Source: an uncultured virus (IMG/VR IMGVR_UViG_3300009079_000019)
Lineage: Duplodnaviria > Heunggongvirae > Uroviricota > Caudoviricetes
Direction: 5' to 3' (one strand)
Virus record (IMG/VR): IMGVR_UViG_3300009079_000019
Span: 51,484-71,483 of that record
Length of the DNA stretch: 20,000 bases
A program made the translations under genes and the position numbers. Shown piece by piece: positions 7,169 to 15,639 of this stretch; the first letter of the stretch is position 1; each line of letters starts with the position of its first letter. The notes under the pieces are model-generated. The model was not told the DNA's origin. It worked only from the letters and a program-made list of their open reading frames with translations, and searched no databases.

Positions 7169-7356
7169 TTGTTTTTTTGTTTCTCAAAGTATTCAGTAAG
7201 TCCTTCAAATGCTCCAATAGAAAAGGCAATCCAACCGGGAGACAATACCCAAATCCAACTCCAATCAATAGTGTGAGTTAGTTTAGCACAAATAAAAAGA
7301 AAGAGCAAACTTTCAAAAATGCCGATTTTCAGTTTACCGATTTTGATTGGGTTCAT
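7165..7356 (-). CDS. Small membrane protein
   Basis: LLFLFICAKLTHTIDWSWIWVLSPGWIAF hydrophobic segments; start placed at MNPIKIG. Confidence 0.7.
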   Translation of the reverse strand: MNPIKIGKLKIGIFESLLFLFICAKLTHTIDWSWIWVLSPGWIAFSIGAFEGLTEYFEKQKNK

Positions 7357-7357
7357 T

Positions 7358-7765
7358 TCAGTTGTCCTCAAATAATGAATTGAATGCTTTGAGATACTCA
7401 ATCACCCCGCATTTTGGTTCTTTTGCTTTTTGAAGGACTTCTTCCCAAGTGTATGCTTTACCAACAACTCCTACAACTGGTTCGGGAGTTTCATCAGTCA
7501 CAAGATAAACATCTTCTCTATTTTGAGGATGAGAAAATACATCATAATCTTGAGCATATTCAGTCACTTTGTCCATCCAATACTTTTGATTCAGAGTAGA
7601 AAAGTATCCGGCATCATCAGGATGAATAGTGGGATGAAGTTTCCCATCTTCAATCTTCACGATAAACCTAACACCTTCAAGAATTCGGTCTCCAACAAGA
7701 TAACCATCAAAAATGGCAGTATCAAATTGAGTTCCGTCTTCGGATTCAAAATAAAGAGCAGTCAT
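7358..7765 (-). CDS. Hypothetical protein
   Basis: Track ORF, 135 aa; TATAAT and an A/C-rich leader upstream. Confidence 0.75.
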   Translation of the reverse strand: MTALYFESEDGTQFDTAIFDGYLVGDRILEGVRFIVKIEDGKLHPTIHPDDAGYFSTLNQKYWMDKVTEYAQDYDVFSHPQNREDVYLVTDETPEPVVGVVGKAYTWEEVLQKAKEPKCGVIEYLKAFNSLFEDN

Positions 7766-7797
7766 AATGTGTTTGTGTTTGTAAGAGTATTATACAG
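7766..7797 (-). promoter_or_regulatory. Partial early promoter (-10 plus leader, no upstream GACAC/GGCACA box)
   Basis: TATAAT 7789-7794 followed by actcttacaaacacaaacacattATG, closely matching the leader at 5471-5499. Confidence 0.5.
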
Positions 7798-7936
7798 GGT
7801 TTCCGTCAATAAACATAGGGTGATTTGGATAAGAACTCCTAACCATCATCACCCTAATCATAAGAGAACCATAACTCCCAGATTGTTTCATTGGAGTTCC
7901 TTTTCTGGTGTGGTTCCAAGATAGAATACTCATAAG

Positions 7937-8167
7937 TCAATTACTCGCGTATGAAAAATATACACTATCATAACCTTCACGATAACCAACACTATATGCT
8001 TTACCAGCAACTACCTTTACTCCATCACCATATGCTTTATCGGCAACTACAAGAGCAAACTTCACAGCAACCTCACGAAATGCGTTGTTCATAAACAGTT
8101 CATCATTAGGAGAAAGACCAAACTCACTTCCATCTCCCCAGAGTTCAATAAGTTCTTGTTCGGTCAT
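7937..8167 (-). CDS. Hypothetical protein
   Basis: Track ORF; ATGA overlap. Confidence 0.65.
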   Translation of the reverse strand: MTEQELIELWGDGSEFGLSPNDELFMNNAFREVAVKFALVVADKAYGDGVKVVAGKAYSVGYREGYDSVYFSYASN

Positions 8168-8397
8168 TTGGAGTTCCTTTGTGTTCGTTGTTTTTTAAGT
8201 GCTTTGAAGTATTCGTATGTGTGAAGTGTAACCACCTCCATCTCAAAGTTGCTTACTAGAATAGTGAAAGAACAAATTGTGACGAGAGCATCAAGTAGTC
8301 CGGCAACAGGAGTGAGAAAACGAAAAATCCAACATTTGAGGGTTAGTTCTTTTCGTTTCCATAAACAGATTTGTGGTTTGAACTGATGGTTTTTCAT
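8164..8397 (-). CDS. Hypothetical protein, possibly membrane-associated
   Basis: Start moved to MKNHQF at 8397, downstream of the promoter; hydrophobic middle segment. Confidence 0.65.
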   Translation of the reverse strand: MKNHQFKPQICLWKRKELTLKCWIFRFLTPVAGLLDALVTICSFTILVSNFEMEVVTLHTYEYFKALKKQRTQRNSK

Positions 8398-8418
8398 CGG
8401 TTTGTTTCGTATGAGACT

Positions 8419-8474
8419 ATTATAAGGCATCTGGTGCCCCTGTGGAGGGGTCTTGTGCCGGTTTGGGAAGTGTC
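8419..8474 (-). promoter_or_regulatory. Early promoter cassette copy 6
   Basis: GACACTTCCCAAACCGGCACA (8454-8474)-N29-TATAAT (8419-8424); same spacer as copies 3, 4 and 7. Confidence 0.75.
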
Positions 8475-8672
8475 CTACCTCGCATCCTTTTCAAGTGTCT
8501 CAATACAGTCCATCCATCCAGCATTATAATCGGCATCATACTTGGTTTCTTCTCTATGATGAGTTTTCAACCAGTCCTTTACGACATCCACAATCTCATT
8601 CGCAATCACATCACCAGATTGAACGGCATCGTGAGTATAATACCATTCTGTAAGTCGTTCGTGGAGTTTCAT
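8475..8672 (-). CDS. Hypothetical protein (single-module member of the shuffled family)
   Basis: IVDVVKDWL...DYNAGWMDCIETL. Confidence 0.7.
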   Translation of the reverse strand: MKLHERLTEWYYTHDAVQSGDVIANEIVDVVKDWLKTHHREETKYDADYNAGWMDCIETLEKDAR

Positions 8673-9349
8673 TTCTTATTCCTCAACTTTGATTTGATTT
8701 TTGTGAGTGCGTCATTATATCCATCTACAAGTAATTCAGTATCTACATTTTGAGAACCAGCAGCTGATTGAAAATCGGGCAACCATTTTTCAATATTATT
8801 CAAAATATCTTCAAGTAATCCACCTGCTATAATACTATTATAATCTACCATACATTTACAAATAAGTTCTTCAAGAGTTTTACCTAACTCAAACTTCAAG
8901 AACTTGGGTTCATCAAACACTCCATCTTTCTTTGCTTTCCTCATAGCATTACGAAGTCCAGCATCAACTTGCTCTGGTGTTTGTGGAGTTAGGTAATCTT
9001 CCACACTCTCATCTGGATGCTCCTTACACCATTTCACACTCTCACGAACAATATCCCCCCATTTTTGTTCTTTTTTGGGTTCTTTTACTACAACTTGTTC
9101 CTGATAAAGTTTCTCCAACTTTCTTTCAGTTTCGTCTTCTACAAGATAAAAAACTTCACCATCTGTATCAGTTTTATACCAACCACCACAAATACCATCA
9201 TAAAGATTGCGATAATAAGTTTCTCCATTATATGAGACGATAGAAAACTCACCTGATTTTTCAAGGGTCATTTGAGTTTCTTCAAGTTTTTGTAGTTTCA
9301 TTTGAAGGAGAGCAATATCTTCTTTGAGTTGTTGAATGGTTTCAGTCAT
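8669..9349 (-). CDS. Hypothetical multi-module protein, paralog of 14040..14789
   Basis: MTETIQQLKEDIA...VRESVKWCKEHPD...PQTPEQV...WLP..QSAAGSQN...GYND; start moved to ATGACTGA at 9349. Confidence 0.8.
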   Translation of the reverse strand: MTETIQQLKEDIALLQMKLQKLEETQMTLEKSGEFSIVSYNGETYYRNLYDGICGGWYKTDTDGEVFYLVEDETERKLEKLYQEQVVVKEPKKEQKWGDIVRESVKWCKEHPDESVEDYLTPQTPEQVDAGLRNAMRKAKKDGVFDEPKFLKFELGKTLEELICKCMVDYNSIIAGGLLEDILNNIEKWLPDFQSAAGSQNVDTELLVDGYNDALTKIKSKLRNKK

Positions 9350-9593
9350 TTTCAGGTTCTTGTGAAGTTGGTTCATACTCTCCTACCTTATAATCTTTTT
9401 GTGCTCTCGCATATCCTTTTTCAAAGATATCCCAAGCAGAACCATATTTATCATCAAGTTTATCAGGATACCTACAATAAACTCTTTTGAATGCCTCTTC
9501 TGCTGGTGATTTGTGCTTCTCCATTTCTTTGAGAAGTTCTAATTTTGCTTGAAGGACTTTTATTTCTCCCTCTGTTTTTTCAATTTCGTTCAT
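9342..9593 (-). CDS. Hypothetical protein (coiled coil plus KSPxEEA module)
   Basis: EIKVLQAKLELLKEMEKHKSPAEEAFKRVY..YP...WDIFEKGY. Confidence 0.7.
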   Translation of the reverse strand: MNEIEKTEGEIKVLQAKLELLKEMEKHKSPAEEAFKRVYCRYPDKLDDKYGSAWDIFEKGYARAQKDYKVGEYEPTSQEPEND

Positions 9594-9813
9594 TTTCTTT
9601 CATACAAGGGTATTCAAACTTTTCACCGATTTGTTCTAATAGAGTGCGGGCAAAGAGGATTTCACCATAATCAGCACCATCCTCAAAGGCATCATCACTA
9701 TTTTCGGGGAGATAATAGTAATCTCCACCACCTTTACCATCATAGCAGTGTTTTTGTTCTGCGTATGTTTTGAGAACTCCAAGAAGAAGAGTGAGTTTTT
9801 CTTCGTTAATCAT
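9580..9813 (-). CDS. Hypothetical protein
   Basis: Start moved to MINEEK at 9813 (ATGATTAA 8-nt overlap). Confidence 0.65.
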   Translation of the reverse strand: MINEEKLTLLLGVLKTYAEQKHCYDGKGGGDYYYLPENSDDAFEDGADYGEILFARTLLEQIGEKFEYPCMKENERN

Positions 9814-9991
9814 TTTCCGTTCCTCCATAATACTTTTGTGCGTTGTAAGTATTCCACATTACAATCTTCTCAAAACATTCTCCCAAACTATAACAGTATC
9901 CAACATATTCATCAATATGTTCAGGGCCAGTATAGAGTTCCCACCGATAATCACCAGTTCCACTGATGTCTTGTGTGATTTCAATTCTCAT
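9806..9991 (-). CDS. Hypothetical protein
   Basis: Track ORF in the packed array. Confidence 0.65.
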   Translation of the reverse strand: MRIEITQDISGTGDYRWELYTGPEHIDEYVGYCYSLGECFEKIVMWNTYNAQKYYGGTEND

Positions 9992-10226
9992 TTACTTCCT
10001 TCTCCATTTTAGCACATCGTCCCATCATAAAACCGGAATAAAAACTCGCATATATCCATTTTCTCATTAGGTCTTCACGGGTCTTTGGGTCTTCAACGGC
10101 ACAATCTCCATAAAAGTATTCGTTTTTGAAAGAATAGTCAGTATGATTGGAATAAAACCATTCGTTGAAGAATGTTTCAATCTCATCAACAAACTCCCAG
10201 TCATTTATAGGGTAGTTTTTAGTCAT
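9981..10226 (-). CDS. Hypothetical protein
   Basis: Track ORF; ATGA overlap. Confidence 0.7.
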   Translation of the reverse strand: MTKNYPINDWEFVDEIETFFNEWFYSNHTDYSFKNEYFYGDCAVEDPKTREDLMRKWIYASFYSGFMMGRCAKMEKEVNEN

Positions 10227-10504
10227 CGTAGTTTATCCTTGAGTGTTTTGATTGCGTCATTCCAACCAGCATTATACTCTGGTAGTCCAACACCTTTTTT
10301 ATATTCAGGAATATTCTCCCTAATCAAATCCAGTACTCTAATAGTAATACCGTCTGTATCAACCCATTCAATAAGATTATCGTCTAGCAATCCATAGAGT
10401 TTATCATAAAAACTTTGAGGTTCTATGATACGTTGATACCTAACCCCCATAATGGTTACGGTGTCTCCTTCTATGAGAATTTTTGAGATGTCGGTTTCAG
10501 GCAT
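10223..10504 (-). CDS. Hypothetical protein (C-terminal YNAGWND module)
   Basis: Start placed at MPETDISK; ends EYNAGWNDAIKTLKDKLR. Confidence 0.7.
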   Translation of the reverse strand: MPETDISKILIEGDTVTIMGVRYQRIIEPQSFYDKLYGLLDDNLIEWVDTDGITIRVLDLIRENIPEYKKGVGLPEYNAGWNDAIKTLKDKLR

Positions 10505-10686
10505 AGTTTTACGGGTTGTTGAGGGTCTTGTGTCCAAAGTTGTTTATATGTAATCCATTTTTCTACACTAGTTTCCTGTTGTGCCGTCCAGTGGTTCCCA
10601 TACTCATCAATCGCATCCAAATAATGAATACCTGTCTTGGGGCAGATTACTCTGGATACTTGTGTGAATTTTAGTCGTTCAGTCAT
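10471..10686 (-). CDS. Hypothetical protein
   Basis: MTERLKFTQVSRVICPKTGIHYLDAIDEYGNHW; start moved to ATGACTGA at 10686. Confidence 0.65.
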   Translation of the reverse strand: MTERLKFTQVSRVICPKTGIHYLDAIDEYGNHWTAQQETSVEKWITYKQLWTQDPQQPVKLCLKPTSQKFS

Positions 10687-10861
10687 ATCCCTCAACACCC
10701 ATATCATACTGTGGTTTTGGTTGTCCTGCCATATTATAGCACCAATCACAAAACTCCATAGTTTCAATCATATCCGCATTCCAATTACAACACTCCACAG
10801 CAGTATGAAGAGTTGATAGAAACTCTGGTGTGAGAAGTTCTTTGAGTTCTTGTTTTTTCAT
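10679..10861 (-). CDS. Hypothetical Cys-containing protein, paralog of 14986..15171
   Basis: KQELKELLTPEFLSTLHTAVECC.W...FCDWCYN.AGQP. Confidence 0.75.
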   Translation of the reverse strand: MKKQELKELLTPEFLSTLHTAVECCNWNADMIETMEFCDWCYNMAGQPKPQYDMGVEGYD

Positions 10862-11091
10862 CAGTTCAACTCCATTTCAATACGATTGATTGCTGTTTGG
10901 TTTGCTTGAGGATTAGGAACATTTGAGAGTAGGTGAATGATTTCATAAAGTGTATCTCTACGAATTTGTTGAGCAAAATAAATGATTTCTTGAGCAGTTC
11001 CACTATATTCTACCCAAGTTTTTCCATCCTCTTCTGCTTCCCATTCTTCAAGGAACTCATCAGCAACTTCCAGGATTTGTTCTTTAGTCAT
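10861..11091 (-). CDS. Hypothetical acidic protein
   Basis: Track ORF; coupled at both ends. Confidence 0.7.
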   Translation of the reverse strand: MTKEQILEVADEFLEEWEAEEDGKTWVEYSGTAQEIIYFAQQIRRDTLYEIIHLLSNVPNPQANQTAINRIEMELN

Positions 11092-11261
11092 TTCGGCACA
11101 CAGAAATAAGAATAATTACCAGCAATCATACCAGAAACCCACTTTCCACCTTCTTTCAAACATTCTGTTTTCTCATAATTCACAACAAATCCGTTAAGGA
11201 TTGCGAAAAGTAGAAGTATTCCAAGAATAATAAAAAGTATTGTGAGTTCTTCTTTATCCAT
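11088..11261 (-). CDS. Small single-pass membrane protein
   Basis: MDKEELTILFIILGILLLFAILNG...ECLKEGGKWV...FCVPK. Confidence 0.7.
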   Translation of the reverse strand: MDKEELTILFIILGILLLFAILNGFVVNYEKTECLKEGGKWVSGMIAGNYSYFCVPK

Positions 11262-11433
11262 TATCTTCATCCTCCACAGGAAACATAGATTCATACTCTT
11301 CATCAGTCAGTGTGAGATACTGAACATCAGCATCTTGGTGTTCTTCGGCATACACCAGTTGATAGTGAGCAAAATCACTCAAACTGGTGCTACCATATTC
11401 TACAAGACCATCAACAAGGCAGAGGTAGTTCAT
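11254..11433 (-). CDS. Hypothetical acidic protein
   Basis: Start moved to MNYLCLVDG at 11433 (AAGGAG upstream). Confidence 0.7.
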   Translation of the reverse strand: MNYLCLVDGLVEYGSTSLSDFAHYQLVYAEEHQDADVQYLTLTDEEYESMFPVEDEDNG

Positions 11434-11434
11434 T

Positions 11435-11614
11435 TCAGGTGTTCTCCTTAAACCATTCATCACCATAGATTTCAAGGATTTGTTGAGTGAGTTCTTCCTC
11501 ACTCAAATCCTTATAGTCATTCACCAAATACTCATAAAGCATTTCTTCTTTGATTTGTTGAGACATACTATCCATAATGAAATTCACATAATCATCAACG
11601 AGTTTGGTAGTCAT
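11435..11614 (-). CDS. Hypothetical protein (59 aa, not in track)
   Basis: MTTKLVDDYVNFIMDSMSQQIKEEMLYEYLVNDYKDLSEEELTQQILEIYGDEWFKENT. Confidence 0.7.
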   Translation of the reverse strand: MTTKLVDDYVNFIMDSMSQQIKEEMLYEYLVNDYKDLSEEELTQQILEIYGDEWFKENT

Positions 11615-11760
11615 TCTAATACATCAATAAGTTTGTTAAACATCCAAGAGATTATGAGTGCCTGTCCCCAAGTAAGAGGAAAGAAAGACACAAGTGCCCA
11701 ACCCATCAATCCCACAAAAATATAAAATCCAATTGTTTCACCAATCTCGTGTTTAGTCAT
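11611..11760 (-). CDS. Small membrane protein (49 aa), copy A
   Basis: MTKHEIGETIGFYIFVGLMGWALVSFFPLTWGQALIISWMFNKLIDVLE; near-identical to 16728..16877. Confidence 0.75.
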   Translation of the reverse strand: MTKHEIGETIGFYIFVGLMGWALVSFFPLTWGQALIISWMFNKLIDVLE

Positions 11761-11761
11761 T

Positions 11762-11983
11762 TCAGTTCACCTTGAAGAGTTTGTAGATGGCATCAGCAAC
11801 AGCAAGTGCTTCTACATTTCCCATACAAATATGTTGAATTCGTTTATCTCCTTTTTCTTTATCAAACTGCCAATAAGAAATGGTGCATCCATCGCATCCC
11901 ACATCAATATGAGTGTCTTCTACCGTATACCAATAATCTCCGTATTCTTGAATACGAACTTGGTTTGTGATTTCAATAGTCAT
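11762..11983 (-). CDS. Hypothetical protein
   Basis: First gene after cassette copy 7; weakly similar in layout to 4219..4479. Confidence 0.7.
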   Translation of the reverse strand: MTIEITNQVRIQEYGDYWYTVEDTHIDVGCDGCTISYWQFDKEKGDKRIQHICMGNVEALAVADAIYKLFKVN

Positions 11984-12009
11984 TTGGAGTTTGTCTTGTG
12001 TATGAATGT

Positions 12010-12065
12010 ATTATAGGGCATCTGGTGCCCCTGTGGAGGGTGTCTGTGCCAGTTTCTCAAGTGTC
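12010..12065 (-). promoter_or_regulatory. Early promoter cassette copy 7
   Basis: GACACTTGAGAAACTGGCACA (12045-12065)-N29-TATAAT (12010-12015). Confidence 0.75.
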
Positions 12066-12166
12066 CTCTGTTCCTCAAGGATTGTTTCAAAAATCATGCT
12101 AGTGTAGGTTTCTGTTGCTCCCCAGTGTCTTGCTAATCTTATAATGTCTTTATCTTTATAAGTCAT
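12011..12166 (-). CDS. Hypothetical protein (51 aa, reads through the cassette)
   Basis: MTYKDKDIIRLARHWGATETYTSMIFETILEEQRTLEKLAQTPSTGAPDAL*; stop lies in the -10 box. Confidence 0.55.
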   Translation of the reverse strand: MTYKDKDIIRLARHWGATETYTSMIFETILEEQRTLEKLAQTPSTGAPDAL

Positions 12167-12413
12167 CCACATAAACCTCAAAGATAATTTTATTAGGCAT
12201 AATACTCATTACATCCCTTTCCATACTCATACTCGCAACCTGTGCTTTTCCTTGTTGGATTTTATCTGCTACTTGTTGAAAAGATACTTTCAAGTCATCA
12301 CGGTCATAACATTTTGCGAGTTTTCGTGGTTTTGGTTTCTCTACTGGTTTTGGAGGCTCTGGTGGTTTTGGATTGTGAATTTCATTATATTTTTCAATTA
12401 GTGGATTAGTCAT
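12156..12413 (-). CDS. Hypothetical protein, paralog of 17861..18145
   Basis: NPLIEKY.E...YD.DDLK.SFQQVA...AQV.SM.ME...NKI.FEVYV. Confidence 0.75.
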   Translation of the reverse strand: MTNPLIEKYNEIHNPKPPEPPKPVEKPKPRKLAKCYDRDDLKVSFQQVADKIQQGKAQVASMSMERDVMSIMPNKIIFEVYVDDL

Positions 12414-12514
12414 TTCTCACACCGATGTAATGGAATACGAAGAAACTGAAAGAACCTTCCAGTCCATCCTATCATATCCCCGCATTTAGGACAACAATAC
12501 GATGGGTAGGTCAT
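12410..12514 (-). CDS. 34-aa zinc-ribbon-like microprotein, copy A
   Basis: MTYPSYCCPKCGDMIGWTGRFFQFLRIPLHRCEK; ATGA overlaps at both ends; duplicated at 18345..18449. Confidence 0.7.
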   Translation of the reverse strand: MTYPSYCCPKCGDMIGWTGRFFQFLRIPLHRCEK

Positions 12515-12696
12515 TTCAATCCAATCAGTTTAGCAAAATCAGGAGTGATAGTAAGGTTTTGTTCTCTTACAAGATTACGAACTTCCTTACGGAGATGAAG
12601 ATACTTATCTCGGTATTCTGTGAGATACTTTTGTGCTCGGTTCTTTTCATCAAAGTCCTTTTGGTGTTCGTAAGTTCTGGTTTCGTAGTATCTCAT
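12511..12696 (-). CDS. Hypothetical protein
   Basis: Track ORF; coupled at both ends. Confidence 0.7.
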   Translation of the reverse strand: MRYYETRTYEHQKDFDEKNRAQKYLTEYRDKYLHLRKEVRNLVREQNLTITPDFAKLIGLK

Positions 12697-13238
12697 TTTT
12701 CATCCACCCAGAAAAATCCAAGAAGATTTTTCATAAAGAAACGGACTATAAAATTCGGTTTAGTCGGCATATAATACTTGAAAGACCTACAATTACCGAA
12801 TGTATAGTATCCTTCGTGTTTATTTCCTTGTTTAATCACAAAACTGGAAGTAATATTACTACCAGTCGCAATAAGGTTAGAATATGTAAGTTTAGGTGGA
12901 AATTGTCCGTGTTCCTTCGCATACTCAAAGTTATCAATAATTCTATTGAACTTTGTATCATACAAAGTTTCAGCAATATACTTTGACTTATAAAAACTAT
13001 TCTTTGTTCTCTCAATCAAATCATCAATCTTCTCATCCAATTCTTGCGATATTTCTTCCAGAGTTTTACAAGGTTCAGGTATATCAAGATAATCTTTGAT
13101 TACATCAAAATACTCATAATCTTCGGTGAAATAAAAACAACCAAGAATATAAGGAAGAACACTTTGAGGTGCTCCTTTCAGTTTCTCTGGATTGAGTTTA
13201 TATCCTGATGGTCCTATTTTTAGTGTTGGTTCAGTCAT
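12693..13238 (-). CDS. Hypothetical protein
   Basis: Start moved to ATGACTGA at 13238; C-terminal KPNFIVRFFMKNLLGFFW. Confidence 0.75.
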   Translation of the reverse strand: MTEPTLKIGPSGYKLNPEKLKGAPQSVLPYILGCFYFTEDYEYFDVIKDYLDIPEPCKTLEEISQELDEKIDDLIERTKNSFYKSKYIAETLYDTKFNRIIDNFEYAKEHGQFPPKLTYSNLIATGSNITSSFVIKQGNKHEGYYTFGNCRSFKYYMPTKPNFIVRFFMKNLLGFFWVDEK

Positions 13239-13239
13239 T

Positions 13240-13440
13240 TCAAATACCTGCGTCAGCATCAATAGTGAATTCTGCTTTGTCTGTGATAATCTCTACACTC
13301 ATATCATTCATAATGTCGGCAATCAAATCCCTTACCCTCTCCCTTGACTTGTGAGTATATACTCCATTCCAGTTTGATACCATTAGAGAGTGGTTGAAAG
13401 TATCAATAATAACTGCAAGTTCGTGTGCTGTGATTTTCAT
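13240..13440 (-). CDS. Hypothetical protein
   Basis: Track ORF. Confidence 0.7.
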   Translation of the reverse strand: MKITAHELAVIIDTFNHSLMVSNWNGVYTHKSRERVRDLIADIMNDMSVEIITDKAEFTIDADAGI

Positions 13441-13658
13441 TTGTTCTTCACCCAGTTACAATCAAAAAATACTTTAGACCAGAACCTTACCCAAGCATTA
13501 GGAACTTTACCTTCTTGTGGCACCCAAGTCATAGGAGAAAAACTAGCATCACCACCAAACGCATAACAAGTCCAGTTAGATAGTTTTGGTTGTGTGATAG
13601 TATATGTGTTTGATTTATTGTAATCAGCAGGAAAAGTATATTCAGTATATTCAGTCAT
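13437..13658 (-). CDS. Hypothetical protein
   Basis: C-terminal VPNAWVRFWSKVFFDCNW resembles that of 12693..13238. Confidence 0.7.
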   Translation of the reverse strand: MTEYTEYTFPADYNKSNTYTITQPKLSNWTCYAFGGDASFSPMTWVPQEGKVPNAWVRFWSKVFFDCNWVKNK

Positions 13659-13810
13659 CGTATTCCAATTTTGAGAGTGCCTTTCAGTTCATTATAAAGT
13701 CCATTCAATCCCTGTCTCCTATCATTATCAGTTACATCAAGAATATGATACAATAGTCGTGCCTGTTCTTCGTCCAGTGTGATTTTGTAGTTCTTTTGAA
13801 TTTCAATCAT
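13655..13810 (-). CDS. Hypothetical protein (51 aa, not in track)
   Basis: MIEIQKNYKITLDEEQARLLYHILDVTDNDRRQGLNGLYNELKGTLKIGIR; ATGA overlaps at both ends. Confidence 0.7.
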   Translation of the reverse strand: MIEIQKNYKITLDEEQARLLYHILDVTDNDRRQGLNGLYNELKGTLKIGIR

Positions 13811-14043
13811 TTTGGGCAGTGGAGAAAATATTTGTATTCAGAAAGCATATTATATTGCCATTGAACTAAATCACAACCTTTGTATTCACTGACAACTGTA
13901 AAAGTTCCATGTTTCTCAACTGGTTCTGCAACTGCTTGTGCTTCTGGTTGTTTGAAACTCTCAAGAATAGCAGGCACCATAAAATACAGACAAGCAAGAC
14001 AAAATCCAGTAAGTAATCCAAGTGCGTATTGTGGGTATCTCAT
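13807..14043 (-). CDS. Small membrane-anchored or exported protein
   Basis: N-terminal hydrophobic helix, then FTVVSEYKGCDLVQW...YFLHCPK. Confidence 0.7.
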   Translation of the reverse strand: MRYPQYALGLLTGFCLACLYFMVPAILESFKQPEAQAVAEPVEKHGTFTVVSEYKGCDLVQWQYNMLSEYKYFLHCPK

Positions 14044-14789
14044 CGTAGTTTCCTCTTGATTTTATTGAGACAATCGTTGAAACCTTCTACAGTACACTCA
14101 ACATAAGCATTTTGAGACCCAGCGGCAGATTGTTCTTTCGGCAACCATTCTTCAATGGCATCCACAAGTTCCTGAAGTGATGTTTCTTTCTTGGTGAATG
14201 TATCATCCCACCAGTCAGCAATCACATCATAAAGAGTTTGTGGTTTGGTAGATGAAACTACACCTTGCTTGACTGCTTCCCTGAATGCTTCTTTCAATCC
14301 ATCAGCAACTTGCTCTGGTGTTTGAGGTTTCAAACAATCTAATGGGTCTTTATCTGGATTTTCTTCACACCATTTCTTACTCTCACGAACAGCATCTTTT
14401 ATTTGTTGTCCTTTCCCATAAGTAAATACCGCCCACCTAAACCAAGCAGCAGGAGAAAGTTCATAATAACCATCACTCAAATATCCACTCAACTTTTCAC
14501 CAAAACGAAGAGCAACAGATTTCCATTCATTATCTTCTTGTTCTTCTTGAACTTTTTCCATTACTTCCTTTGCGGTAGAGATTGCGTAAGCAAACTCATA
14601 TCCTGCTTGGAAACCTTGCCACCTTGTATCATCATACTGGGAGTCAGTTTCTAATTCAGGATATTGCCCCCACCAATCTTTGTAGCATTCTTCTACTGGT
14701 GATTTTGTTCGTTGCTGTTCTTCAAGTTTTTGTAGTTTCTCTTGGAGAATAGCAATATCCTCTTTGAGTTGTTGAATAGTTTCAGTCAT
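14040..14789 (-). CDS. Hypothetical multi-module protein, paralog of 8669..9349
   Basis: Shares the N-terminal coil, VRES.KWC, PQTPEQV and QSAAGSQN modules; also carries the KSPVEE module. Confidence 0.8.
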   Translation of the reverse strand: MTETIQQLKEDIAILQEKLQKLEEQQRTKSPVEECYKDWWGQYPELETDSQYDDTRWQGFQAGYEFAYAISTAKEVMEKVQEEQEDNEWKSVALRFGEKLSGYLSDGYYELSPAAWFRWAVFTYGKGQQIKDAVRESKKWCEENPDKDPLDCLKPQTPEQVADGLKEAFREAVKQGVVSSTKPQTLYDVIADWWDDTFTKKETSLQELVDAIEEWLPKEQSAAGSQNAYVECTVEGFNDCLNKIKRKLR

Positions 14790-14989
14790 TTCAAGTTCTC
14801 CCTTGCTTTGCGAGCAGTATCATAAAGTTCCCGAAGTCGTTGCGACCTCTCCTCTCGTTTTTTGACTTGTTCTGGACTATTATGCCACACACTATCAGTT
14901 CCGTGTAAAGGGCAATCTGGATTGAGGTTTTGAGTGTTTGAAGTTTTGGTTCCTATTTGAATGTAGGAACAGGTGCATTTGGTAGTCAT
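14786..14989 (-). CDS. Small Cys/His Zn-binding-like protein
   Basis: KCTC...NPDCPLHG. Confidence 0.7.
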   Translation of the reverse strand: MTTKCTCSYIQIGTKTSNTQNLNPDCPLHGTDSVWHNSPEQVKKREERSQRLRELYDTARKARENLK

Positions 14990-15171
14990 ACATCCTCCAT
15001 ATCAAAACTCATATCATATTTTGGTAGTGGTTGTCCTGCTACATTATAGCACCAATCACAAAAGTTCATACTCTCTACCATATCAACATCCCATCCACAA
15101 CACTCCACAGCACTATGAAGTGTGGAAAGAAACTCTGGTGTGAGAAGTTCTTTGAGTTCTTGTTTCGTCAT
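14986..15171 (-). CDS. Hypothetical protein, paralog of 10679..10861
   Basis: KQELKELLTPEFLSTLHSAVECC. Confidence 0.75.
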   Translation of the reverse strand: MTKQELKELLTPEFLSTLHSAVECCGWDVDMVESMNFCDWCYNVAGQPLPKYDMSFDMEDV

Positions 15172-15368
15172 CGGTTCATCCAGTCTCTCAAATCAACAAT
15201 TTCATACCAATCACAACCCCAATCCCGTCCATTTACGGTATATCCTTTGGTTTTTTTGGGTTCTACTTGTGCCTTTGCTTCTTCATAGGTAGAGAAACAC
15301 CCAACCCAATCACCAGTATCAGCAGAAGGGTAATAATTGTCTCCAGCAATCAGCAAATAAGTTTTCAT
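15168..15368 (-). CDS. Hypothetical phage protein
   Basis: YLLIAGDNYYP....GDW.GCF.TYEEA...DWYEIVDL. Confidence 0.75.
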   Translation of the reverse strand: MKTYLLIAGDNYYPSADTGDWVGCFSTYEEAKAQVEPKKTKGYTVNGRDWGCDWYEIVDLRDWMNR

Positions 15369-15514
15369 CGTAGTTTCCTCAACATTTCATAGTAAATGTT
15401 TAACTCCCTCCGCACCGCATTCAATTCACTATGCGTTGCACCAAGAGATTGAAGAGTATCAAACTCTTCGTGCAATACATTAAGTTTGGATTGAATCTTT
15501 TGTTTGTCAGTCAT
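15365..15514 (-). CDS. Hypothetical protein (49 aa, not in track)
   Basis: MTDKQKIQSKLNVLHEEFDTLQSLGATHSELNAVRRELNIYYEMLRKLR; first gene after cassette copy 8. Confidence 0.7.
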   Translation of the reverse strand: MTDKQKIQSKLNVLHEEFDTLQSLGATHSELNAVRRELNIYYEMLRKLR

Positions 15515-15537
15515 CGGGTTCCTTTGTGTATGAAAGT

Positions 15538-15594
15538 ATCATACATCAAAAAAAGGCACCTGTAAAGTGCCCTTGTGCCTGTTTGGAAAGTGTC
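15538..15594 (-). promoter_or_regulatory. Early promoter cassette copy 8
   Basis: GACACTTTCCAAACAGGCACA (15574-15594); TTTACA (15561-15566)-N17-TATGAT (15538-15543). Confidence 0.7.
15548..15571 (-). terminator. Intrinsic terminator embedded in promoter cassette copy 8
   Basis: Minus strand GGCAC-tttacag-GTGCC-TTTTTTT. Confidence 0.65.
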
Positions 15595-15639
15595 CTTATG
15601 CTACTCGTTGCTTCTGGTTACGACACACATAAGCATTTT

